Shown: positions 41,751 through 49,872 of the stretch, piece by piece | How the letters are laid out: each line of letters opens with the position of its first letter | How positions within the stretch are numbered: position 1 is the first letter of the stretch | Origin: Candidatus Latescibacterota bacterium | GTDB taxonomy: Bacteria; Latescibacterota; UBA2968; UBA8231 | Assembly (NCBI GenBank): GCA_965197905.1 | Contig: CBDAOB010000003.1 | Location: 160,001-224,000 of the forward strand | DNA: 64,000 nt | Direction: 5' to 3' | Notes under the pieces: generated by a model | What the model was told of the DNA's origin: nothing | Databases searched by the model: none | What the model saw: only the letters and a program-made list of their open reading frames with translations | Program-made: the position numbers and the translations under genes

Positions 41751-42737
41751 CTACTTCGGCACGAACTTCTGAACTCGATTTCCCCACGTATCAACGACAA
41801 ACACCTCGCCCTGGGATCCCACCGCGATGTCATGCCCAAGCATGAATTGTCCGTCGTAGTTCCCGTACTGGCCAAAGGTCGCCTCAATCGTGCCATCTGA
41901 CGACAGTCTGAAAGCTCTGGACCGGTCAGGCGGTTCATCCGGTTGGTCGCCGCCGTCGATAACGTAAGCCTTACCATTGGGTCCGATGCTGACGCCGTAG
42001 GGTCTTCCGAGCTCCGGACTCTTCCACTGGTCCAGATAAGCACCTGAGCCATCAAAGACCTGGACGCGAGAATTGCTCCGGTCTGCCACATAGACTCGCC
42101 CGTCATCGTCCAAAGCGATCCCGTGAGGCAAGTCGAACTGCCCCGGCCCTGAGCCTTTGGTTCCCCACTGGAATTCAAACTCGCCCGTGGGTGAATACTT
42201 CAGAACCCGGGTGTTGCCGTACCCGTCACTCACGTAGAAGCTCCCATCCGGCAGAATGGCTGTGTCCGTGGGGGCGGTAAAGTGCCTCTCGTCGGCTCCG
42301 TGCTCGCGATCAACACCCAGCGTCATCAGTAGATTGCCGTCGTGGGTGAACTTGATCACCTGGTGGCGGCCAACGTCAGTGAGCCACACGTTGTCTTGGC
42401 TGTCAACAGTGAGTCCGTGAGGCATCACAAACTGGCCTGTGCCCCAACTGGCAACCTGCTCGCCAGTCTCTCCGTCGAAGACCGCGATGGTCGCACGCTC
42501 GATCGGATCTGGCGGAAATGGGAACTCCCACTCACGTTCGGCGCGATGGAACACGAACACGTGGCCGTGTGAGTCGACGTCTACCCCTGTCGCTTGCCCC
42601 AGAATCTGTCCCTGGGGTAACCGAGGCCATCCATGAACGACGGCGTATTCTGACGAGGACTTACTTGCGGATTCCGCCTCACTCGCTACGACAGCCGCGA
42701 TCGTGATAGTCAAAGTCGTGATCACGCAGGTCAGCAC
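41751..42737 (-). CDS. NHL-repeat protein, peptidyl-alpha-hydroxyglycine amidating lyase (PAL)-like (cassette)
   Basis: VFHR, PHGL, DGYGNTR, PHGI, ADRSNSR; signal-peptide-like start. The longer ORF call runs into the attC. Confidence 0.8.
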   Translation of the reverse strand: MLTCVITTLTITIAAVVASEAESASKSSSEYAVVHGWPRLPQGQILGQATGVDVDSHGHVFVFHRAEREWEFPFPPDPIERATIAVFDGETGEQVASWGTGQFVMPHGLTVDSQDNVWLTDVGRHQVIKFTHDGNLLMTLGVDREHGADERHFTAPTDTAILPDGSFYVSDGYGNTRVLKYSPTGEFEFQWGTKGSGPGQFDLPHGIALDDDGRVYVADRSNSRVQVFDGSGAYLDQWKSPELGRPYGVSIGPNGKAYVIDGGDQPDEPPDRSRAFRLSSDGTIEATFGQYGNYDGQFMLGHDIAVGSQGEVFVVDTWGNRVQKFVPK

Positions 42738-42769
42738 TCTATTGATCCTACCTTCTTCCAACGCATTCT

Positions 42770-42892
42770 GCGTAACGCAGGGATGACCCGCGGGCGGATC
42801 CACCGTCAACTCAATCGCGCAGAACAGCCCGGCAAACCACCAATGCAGCTGGCTGACCACCGTCATAGTCCGTCCGGTCAACATGTTAGTGC
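42770..42892 (-). other. attC site of the first cassette
   Basis: GCACTAAC-ATGT-TGACCGGACGGA...TCCGCCCGCGGGTCA-TCCCTGC-GTTACGC. Confidence 0.85.
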
Positions 42893-43095
42893 CTCGCGCA
42901 TTTCCCAGTTAACAAAAGACCCCAGAGAGACATGACCTTCCGTTTGAATCGATGCAAATTGCGTTTGGAGGAGGAAAATCCATCTCGCTTGGGGCATCTA
43001 TAGTTCGTGCCTATCTCGACGAGCGGAAGTTTGTTGTGGTCGGCTTGCTCTTTCAGACGACTTAGAAGGAAAAAATGACTTCAATCCTGCCCATC

Positions 43096-43449
43096 TTAGA
43101 CCTGGCGCAACCTAACGCCGTCAAAATAGGGAATCGGCCTTGCACCAACTTGGGCGGCTAGAGCCATGCCCTTCTCATCTAGGTCACCGAATACCTCAAC
43201 TTTCAATTCACAGATTTCCAACACCTTGGACAATATCTCGCCTACATTAGTCAAATGGGCTTCAGCTGCATCTGAATCTCTATACAGTTCGAGGGCGGTA
43301 CAAGCGTTATTATCCTCGTCCAGATACCATTCATATTGCAATGTACCAGGTTCGTCACGGGATATGGCGATGGCTTCTCTTCCCAATTCCTTGAAACGAT
43401 CTATATCCCTGATATCTGTTACGCGGGCGACAACTCGGATTGCTTCCAT
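43096..43449 (-). CDS. ABM/putative quinol monooxygenase family protein (first cassette)
   Basis: EPGTLQYEWY, ELYRDSDAAEAH; GGAG RBS. Confidence 0.85.
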   Translation of the reverse strand: MEAIRVVARVTDIRDIDRFKELGREAIAISRDEPGTLQYEWYLDEDNNACTALELYRDSDAAEAHLTNVGEILSKVLEICELKVEVFGDLDEKGMALAAQVGARPIPYFDGVRLRQV

Positions 43450-43643
43450 TGGCGGCTCCATTAGCTATGAAGAGATGAGATCCTATTCATCGAAAGAAAC
43501 GCGATGCATTGCGTGGCGTCTTACCTAAATGATCGGGGCTCCGCTCTAGCCGAATGCGTGAACTACCTCTCCATGTCTGTCTGTACCAAGCTGCTTCGTC
43601 TTTAACAGTTTGCAGCTACATCAACCTCACTTCCGGCGTCCTT

Positions 43644-43670
43644 GCACTAACTATTACTTATCTGGAAGTA
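43644..43670 (-). other. attI site
   Basis: CCAGATAAGTAATA-GTTAGTGC; the core is the exact complement of the first attC inverse core GCACTAAC. Confidence 0.8.
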
Positions 43671-43759
43671 CTCTTCTTGCGCCAGCTGGGCACGTCACTT
43701 GCTGACTCATATGCATTGGCGCAAGCCCGCAGGCAATTGCTAACTCCTTCTTGCACATA

Positions 43760-43788
43760 AGGAAACCAGCGGGAATAGACCTCGTCAA
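43760..43788 (-). promoter_or_regulatory. Candidate cassette promoter Pc
   Basis: TTGACG-17 nt-TTTCCT pointing toward attI; the -10 box is weak. Confidence 0.35.
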
Positions 43789-43959
43789 GGTGCAATATCC
43801 GGTTATTCACGTGCTTTTCGTGAATTCAGGATAGCGCGGTCGAGGAGTGCCCCGCGGGAGCCAGCTGCAAGCCGGATTGGCTCGATGTTATCCACTTATG
43901 CGGAAAACTAGATAGCCAGATAAGCAACGAAGAAAACAACTCCATGGTAGGAGAAGCGC

Positions 43960-45222
43960 TTGCAAACTGCAGGTGAGAAGGATCTGGCAACCTTCCAGGA
44001 CTGGGTGCGGGAAAGACAGCTGGCACCAGAGCATCGCATTCGATTCGTCGTCGGATGGGTCGAGCGTTTTCTTCGGCTACGTGCCACCAGGCCGCGGGAG
44101 AACTGGCAAGACACATTACGCGTATTCCTCGACGATCTGGGTGATGGAAAGATCGAGAGCTGGCAGCTCCGACAAGCAGCAGACGCAGTTACGATCTATT
44201 GCGGCCAGTTCCGTGAGCCAGCCGACGCAAAAGTGTCACCCTTCCAGTACACCGCGATCGAATCGGCCAGGCCGAGCCAGGTGCTGGCGGAAATGAAACG
44301 ATTGCTGGAGCTGCGGCATTACTCGCCGCGAACCCATCGCACGTATCTGGCGTGGGCGCGACGTTTTCTACGGTATGCCAATGCAGAGAACAAGGCTCTC
44401 TGCACTGAGGATGTGACAGCCTATCTGAGCTATCTGGCCACCCGCCGGAAGGTGGCGGCCTCGACCCAGAACCAGGCGTTCAACGCTCTGCTCTTCCTCT
44501 GCCGTAACGTGCTGCACATCGAATTGGGGGATTTGGCGAGCACGGTACGGGCGAGACGCGGCCGCAAGTTGCCGGTAGTGCTGTCGCCTGAGGAGACGAA
44601 AGAGATTCTGGGCCAGGTCCATGGAAATCCGCAGCTCATGCTTGAGCTGATTTACGGTGCGGGTTTAAGAGTGGGCGAGGTCGTGACGCTGCGCGTTAAG
44701 GACATCGACTTTGCGGCGAGTACGCTGACGGTGCGTGCAGGTAAAGGTGACATGGATCGCATGACCTTCCTGCCGATACGTCTGATTGCAGGCCTCAAAA
44801 GACATCTCGCGATCGTGAAGAAACAGCACCAGCAGGTCTTGGCAGCCGGTGCCGGGGAAGCGCCGCTGCCAACCGGACTAGCCAGGAAGTATCCGAACGT
44901 GTGCTGTGAGTGGGCGTGGCAGTTCGTATTTCCCTCCGAAAGGCTCAGCCGGAGCGAGGATGGTGTGATCCGTCGATGGCATGTGGCGACTTCAACGGTC
45001 CAGAAAGCGATGAAGTCAGCCGTATCTCGAGCCGGCGTCGCCAAGCCGGCTAGCGTGCACTCGCTTAGACATTCGTTTGCCACCCACCTGCTGATGAAGG
45101 GAGTCGATATCCGGCGGATCCAGGAGCTGCTTGGTCACCAGAGTGTGGAGACGACCATGATCTATACCCACGTATTGCAGACCATGGCCCCCGATCTGTG
45201 CAGTCCCCTCGACGAACTATGA
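43960..45222 (+). CDS. intI: Integron integrase (tyrosine recombinase) with long N-terminal extension
   Basis: HYSPRT, STQNQAFNAL, GLRVGE, GKG, integron-specific LPTGLARKYP...WQFVFP, HSLRHSFATH, LLGH, TTMIY; AGGAG before the TTG start. Confidence 0.96.
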   Translation: MQTAGEKDLATFQDWVRERQLAPEHRIRFVVGWVERFLRLRATRPRENWQDTLRVFLDDLGDGKIESWQLRQAADAVTIYCGQFREPADAKVSPFQYTAIESARPSQVLAEMKRLLELRHYSPRTHRTYLAWARRFLRYANAENKALCTEDVTAYLSYLATRRKVAASTQNQAFNALLFLCRNVLHIELGDLASTVRARRGRKLPVVLSPEETKEILGQVHGNPQLMLELIYGAGLRVGEVVTLRVKDIDFAASTLTVRAGKGDMDRMTFLPIRLIAGLKRHLAIVKKQHQQVLAAGAGEAPLPTGLARKYPNVCCEWAWQFVFPSERLSRSEDGVIRRWHVATSTVQKAMKSAVSRAGVAKPASVHSLRHSFATHLLMKGVDIRRIQELLGHQSVETTMIYTHVLQTMAPDLCSPLDEL

Positions 45223-45992
45223 GTGCGACGGATTCTCAACCTGGTCAATCCGAGCAAACGCCACTTCGTGCGTCAGTACGGAAAACTCTTAGTTTTCAAC
45301 GCAACCAGAGCGACAGAAGACGAATCACCAATCGATGCCAAATGGCAGGCTTGCGTAAATGACTCTCGAAGCTTCACAACCCGAAGCGGCTGGCATGTCC
45401 GAGGGTCGGCTCGAAGCCGCTGTCAGCTACGCCCGAAAGATCGTCGATCTCGGTGCCATCCCACTGATCGAAGTCCTCGTTGTGCGCGACTCCAAGATCG
45501 TCCTACACGATCGCCACGTTCACCAAAAAATCGCCTCGCAGGGGTACGAGATAACTGACGATACCATCTTCGAAGTCGCCTCTGTCACGAAAGCTCTGTG
45601 TGGCGCGGTGGTGATGCACCAGGTCGAGATGGGCAACCTCTCCCTGGACATACCGGTGGCCGAGTACATCCCCGAGTTCGGCAAGGCCGGCAACGGTCGG
45701 GTTACGACGCGCCACCTATTGTCCCATTCCGGAGGTGTGAATGATCTGATCCTCGGCCCGCAGCCGTCGTCCACCGAGAAGCTGTTAGAGCGAATCTACG
45801 ACCTGCCGCTGGTGTTCGAGCCGGGCACCCGATCGAGCTATTCCACGCTCGGTTTCGAAGTGGTGGCGGAGCTCGTGCGACGGGTGAGCGGCAAGGAGCT
45901 GGCGGAGCTGGGGGACGAGTTGTTTGGTTCCTTGGGCATGCGGCAAACCCATTTTCGCGCCCGGGATGAGTTGGCAATTAGTATTTTACGGC

Positions 45993-46021
45993 TTGACATT
46001 CAGTCCCTTATTGGTTATATT
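45993..46021 (+). promoter_or_regulatory. Sigma70-type transposase promoter
   Basis: TTGACA-17 nt-TATATT, overlapping the left IR. Confidence 0.7.
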
Positions 46022-46056
46022 AAGTATAATAAAAACAACCAATAAGGGAGCGGAGA

Positions 46057-46716
46057 ATGAACTTGATAACCGTGACAGAAAGGTTTCCGACGCAAGAATC
46101 CTGCATTGCTCATTTTGAGCTGGTTCGCTTCGGTGATGAACCCTTTTGTCCCTTGTGCGGTACGGTCGGGGAATGCGCCCGCAAGAAGAAATGGCTACCA
46201 AGCAGGGAAGAATCAGGTTAAGCGGCCTCATTGAAGCCGACGAGACTTTTGTCGGCGGGCGCCCCAGGAAGCGCAACAAGCGCGATGACGACAAGCCCAA
46301 CCGCCAGAGGACGAGGAACGCGCAAGACCGCTGTTATCGGCGCTGTGAAGCGTTCAGGGAAGGTTGTGGCCGAAGTCGCCGACGATCTCTCCGGCAAGGG
46401 CGTACTCGCCTTTATCAAGCGCGCCATCGATCCTGACGCCGCGACGCTGGTCACGGACGAATACGGGGCCTACAACGTGGTGCGAAGGATCATGGATCAC
46501 TGCGTGATTCAGCATTCTCAGCACTATGTCGATGGCGAGATTCACACCAACACGATAGAAGGCGTCTGGTCCCTGCTCAAGCGCGCCTGGTATGGCTCGC
46601 ATCATCACTACACGAAGCAATACACGCCGCTCTACGTGGCCGAGGCTTGTTTCAAGTACAACCACCGCAAGGACGACAACGCCTTCGGCTCTTTTATCAG
46701 GGAGTGCTTTAACTAA
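46057..46716 (+). pseudogene. IS1595 (ISXO2-like) DDE transposase, deleted and frameshifted
   Basis: RFPTQESCIAH...CPLCG (half zinc ribbon), EADET, TDEY, HTNTIEG, split by breaks near 46190 and 46297; the HTH region is missing. Confidence 0.88.
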
Positions 46717-46727
46717 GAGGAGATTTG

Positions 46728-47048
46728 TCATGACTGCTGCTGCGATGACTCAATCGCCGCCCGAAGAGCTCGAAGCTCTTGCAGAATCTCTTCCTCTATC
46801 GGCGGAGCAATCTTCAAGATGGATTTTGCTAACCGTACGAGCTCTTCTTTCTGAACTAAAACGCATCGGGGAAGATCCCCTGTGTAGCGCTCAGCGTCAG
46901 GATGTAGAACAAGTGCGAGAAGCCCTGGCTCATCTTCCACTGAGGCTAGGCTCAGGGGGATTCCCGTCCAAGCACTACCTTGGTTCGCTTCAAACAGTGC
47001 TTTACTGGTGGGATAGGACGTATAATCACTATGACTTCCATGATCCAT
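46728..47048 (-). CDS. Hypothetical IS passenger protein
   Basis: 106-aa ORF converging on the transposase stop; start uncertain. Confidence 0.45.
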   Translation of the reverse strand: MDHGSHSDYTSYPTSKALFEANQGSAWTGIPLSLASVEDEPGLLALVLHPDAERYTGDLPRCVLVQKEELVRLAKSILKIAPPIEEEILQELRALRAAIESSQQQS

Positions 47049-47389
47049 GAGAGCTTGCTCCTTTCATTGGCGATACCCATTCCGAGGTGGCGCTCGACGC
47101 GGGCAGGTCGGTCTGTTCCCACCATTGGCGCACTCCGCTGCAGGCCAATGTCGAATATCAGCTCAAGATCATCGGCGTGTTTTTCTTCCAATGATCTTCG
47201 TGCTATCCATTCGCCCACAGAGAAGAACAGGATATCTCCGTCCTTGTCATTTGTGCGGCGGATCGTCCGCTCAACGGACATGAAGCAGTCGCTGAATGCA
47301 TCCATCACTTCCTTACGGTCTACTTTTCGCTTTATCTTGGGTTTCAACATCCGTTCCGTGTTCGATTCCATGAATCCTGCGTGAGGCAA
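46952..47389 (-). CDS. Hypothetical IS passenger protein
   Basis: 145-aa ORF overlapping both neighbours; boundaries uncertain. Confidence 0.4.
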   Translation of the reverse strand: MPHAGFMESNTERMLKPKIKRKVDRKEVMDAFSDCFMSVERTIRRTNDKDGDILFFSVGEWIARRSLEEKHADDLELIFDIGLQRSAPMVGTDRPARVERHLGMGIANERSKLSWIMEVIVIIRPIPPVKHCLKRTKVVLGRESP

Positions 47390-47715
47390 CCCTGTTCAAT
47401 GAATGAAGCGAACTCGATATACAACATCTTGAGAAGATCATCTTTGATGGCCTTACTCAGTTGCTCTTCGCATTCCAAAAGAGCGGTCGCTGCAACCAGC
47501 TCTCCAATCATCACGGAACAGTCCCATTCTCCCATGTCAGCACCGTCAAAGCATCCAGGATGCCGCTTGGAAAGCGACTCGACGCAGCCGATGGCTACTA
47601 TGTGCATTCGCCTGGTCGCCGCAGCGGCCACCTCCTGATGTTGCGGATGGCTTGGCTGTTGGATGCCTTGTCGCAGACGATCGAGATCTGTAGATTGGGA
47701 ATTGTACTTTGACAT
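47344..47715 (-). CDS. Hypothetical IS passenger protein
   Basis: 123-aa ORF with an AGGGAG RBS. Confidence 0.55.
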   Translation of the reverse strand: MSKYNSQSTDLDRLRQGIQQPSHPQHQEVAAAATRRMHIVAIGCVESLSKRHPGCFDGADMGEWDCSVMIGELVAATALLECEEQLSKAIKDDLLKMLYIEFASFIEQGCLTQDSWNRTRNGC

Positions 47716-48586
47716 GGCAAGAGTCTCCCTTGCGATGTTAAGCCGCTGACGTTTTGACGAACGTCAGGGCAAAGGAAATGCAACCCGATCGGTTTCCCGA
47801 ATCAGGTTGCATAGAGTACTGCAGTACTCCCAATCTATTTCATGGGGCAGGCGGAGGCACGTTGACCCCCAAGCCGTAAAATACTAATTGCGGATGAGTT
47901 TGATTCTCCGCGGGCGTGGCGCGCGCATACGCTGCCGCTTTTCGATCGGGATTTACGCGCGCATGAGGACCCGTTTGATGGGGAAATGGAGGACCATCCT
48001 CATTTCAACTACATCACGGGAGGCGGTCGCGGTTGTTCGAGTGCGATGGATCTAGCGGTGTTTGCGCAGATGATGCTGAACAAGGGCAGCTATGGAGACA
48101 CCCGGGTGTTGTCGCCCGCCTCGGTGGAGCGGATGGTGGAACGCCAGTTCGCCTGGTCGGATACGCCCGAGCGGCAAACGCGTGCGGACCGCTACATGTA
48201 TCTCAGCAAAGCGCTGGGGTGGATGGTCCGCGGGGAAGCGTTTTTCTTCGGCGGCGACCTGATGAGTCCGCGGGCGTATTTTCACGGTGGCGCCTACGGA
48301 TCGCGGGTGCTGGTGGATCCGGAGTACGATATAGCTGTAGTGTTTTTGACAAGTACGTGGCAGCATGCGGTGACGGGTGAGGAGACGATCCAGGTACCGG
48401 AGTACGCGAACAGCTTTATCAAGATTCAGCAGGTGTTCGCGAATTTGGTCTACGGGGCACTGTGTTGACATACGTAAGCGTGCCTGATCGACATAAATCG
48501 GCCATATTGGAGATGTGACGGAGCGCCACAATTTCGGCGTTCACCGCTATGGACAGTGAACTCGTGATCTCACGCGGGAATGAGAC

Positions 48587-49867
48587 ATGGGACCCAGCTA
48601 CCCGATTGGGCTGACCGTCTGCCTGCTGCTCTCGATGCCGCCCTCGGCCGCAGCGGCCGCAGACGCCACCGAGGAGCTCGAACAGGCTGCCCGAGATGCT
48701 CGCGACCGGGCCAAGAAGGGCTACGAGCGCCTGAGCCGACGCCGCACCTTCGACATCGATGGCGTTCCGTACGGAGCCACCGGCCTCCCAATCGCCTTCT
48801 TCACGCCTTCGAGCGGCCTGCACTACGGTGGGTGGCTGGAAGTCGCCAACTACGGGCGTGAGCCCTACGTGTACCGGGCCAACGTGCAGTGGTATCTGAC
48901 GACCAAGGGCAAGCGCAACCATCACATGCGTCTGGATTTCCCGACACCGTTCGGCTTCCCGGTCAACGCGCGCATTCTCACGCGCGACCTCAAGAACACG
49001 GGCGCCAGCTTCTTTGGCATCGGGAACGAGGCCGATATCAGCGACGAAAGAACCGATCGGGAACGGGACTACTACCGCTACCTCCTCGAGCAGCAGCTAT
49101 CCGCCTTCGACCTGGAGTTCGCCGAGCTCGAGCCGTTGGTCATCTTCGGCGGGTTCCGGTTCAACCGCAGCGTGCCGAGCCGTATCGATGAGGAGAAGGC
49201 GGACGCCTACTACGTCTTCAACCTCACGGATCGCGAGGTGCTGGGTCGGAGCGGTGGCTGGGCGAACTTCCTCCTCGTGGGCGCGATCTACGACTCGCGC
49301 GACGATCAGGAGATGCCGACGGCCGGACTGCTGAGCGAAGCCTCCTTTCAGATGGGCGGGGCGTTGCTGGGGGCGGACTACGCCTTCCGGAGGATCACAC
49401 TCATCAACACGCACTACTGGAGACCCCCCTGGTCCTCCGACTCCAGCCGATACGTCTTCGTGACTCGCGCCGTCTTCGAGAGTCTAGGTGACGAGGCGCC
49501 CTTCTACGAGCTGACCGAAGTCGGTGGATCGATCCGTGGCGTCCAGGTCGGTGGGGGATCGTTCATGCGGGGGTACAGATCGCGGCGCTTCGCCGATCAG
49601 AAGAAAATGCTGTTCTCCGGCGAGCTGCGGCGCACCTTCAAGAGCGTGGAATGGCGGGGCCAACACTTCGAGACGCTAGGCCTGCTTTTCGTCGATGCGG
49701 GGCGCGTGGCTTCTCGCGTCACGAGCGTGCTCAATCCGCTAGGACTGCACCCGAGCGCGGGCATCGGCTACCGCGCAACCTGGAACTCTCAGTTCAGCCT
49801 TAGATCCGACTACGCGGTCTCCCCAGAGGGGCACGTTTTTCTGTTGTCCTTCGGCAATCTCTTCTGA
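48587..49867 (+). CDS. Omp85/BamA-TamA-family beta-barrel without evident POTRA domains
   Basis: Signal peptide, YDSRDD..PTAG, GG..MRGY..RRF, C-terminal F. Confidence 0.8.
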   Translation: MGPSYPIGLTVCLLLSMPPSAAAAADATEELEQAARDARDRAKKGYERLSRRRTFDIDGVPYGATGLPIAFFTPSSGLHYGGWLEVANYGREPYVYRANVQWYLTTKGKRNHHMRLDFPTPFGFPVNARILTRDLKNTGASFFGIGNEADISDERTDRERDYYRYLLEQQLSAFDLEFAELEPLVIFGGFRFNRSVPSRIDEEKADAYYVFNLTDREVLGRSGGWANFLLVGAIYDSRDDQEMPTAGLLSEASFQMGGALLGADYAFRRITLINTHYWRPPWSSDSSRYVFVTRAVFESLGDEAPFYELTEVGGSIRGVQVGGGSFMRGYRSRRFADQKKMLFSGELRRTFKSVEWRGQHFETLGLLFVDAGRVASRVTSVLNPLGLHPSAGIGYRATWNSQFSLRSDYAVSPEGHVFLLSFGNLF

Positions 49868-49872
49868 ACGAG

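Larger units (their letters stand above)
24594..45222. mobile_element. Chromosomal integron (intI, attI and a minus-strand cassette array)
   Basis: Integron-type integrase, attI core, about 14 attC-like imperfect palindromes, and about 21 co-oriented minus-strand ORFs divergent from intI. Confidence 0.93.
45973..47892 (+). mobile_element. IS1595-family element with passenger ORFs
   Basis: Perfect 22-bp IRs GCAATTAGTATTTTACGGCTTG (45974-45995 and 47870-47891); TSD GATGAGTT at 45965-45972 and 47893-47900. Confidence 0.93.
45359..48468 (+). pseudogene. Serine hydrolase (beta-lactamase-like) interrupted by IS1595-family element
   Basis: ASVTK, YST in the 5' part; FHGGAYG..DPE in the 3' part. 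Removing the IS and one TSD restores the frame (...RARDEFDSPRAW...MEDHPH). Confidence 0.9.

Noticed and set aside
43110..43116. GTTAGGT as the attI core
   Set aside because: It lies within the ABM coding sequence and does not match the next inverse core; the site at 43644-43651 does.
24594..43670. CRISPR array interpretation of the recurring palindromes
   Set aside because: The repeats are non-identical, separated by whole genes and have attC geometry; no cas genes are present.
43888..43896. DnaA box TTATCCACT indicating a replication origin
   Set aside because: Single imperfect box with no dnaA or rep context.
45359..48468. Beta-lactam resistance gene linked to the integron
   Set aside because: It is a generic SxxK serine hydrolase outside the array, has no attC and is disrupted.
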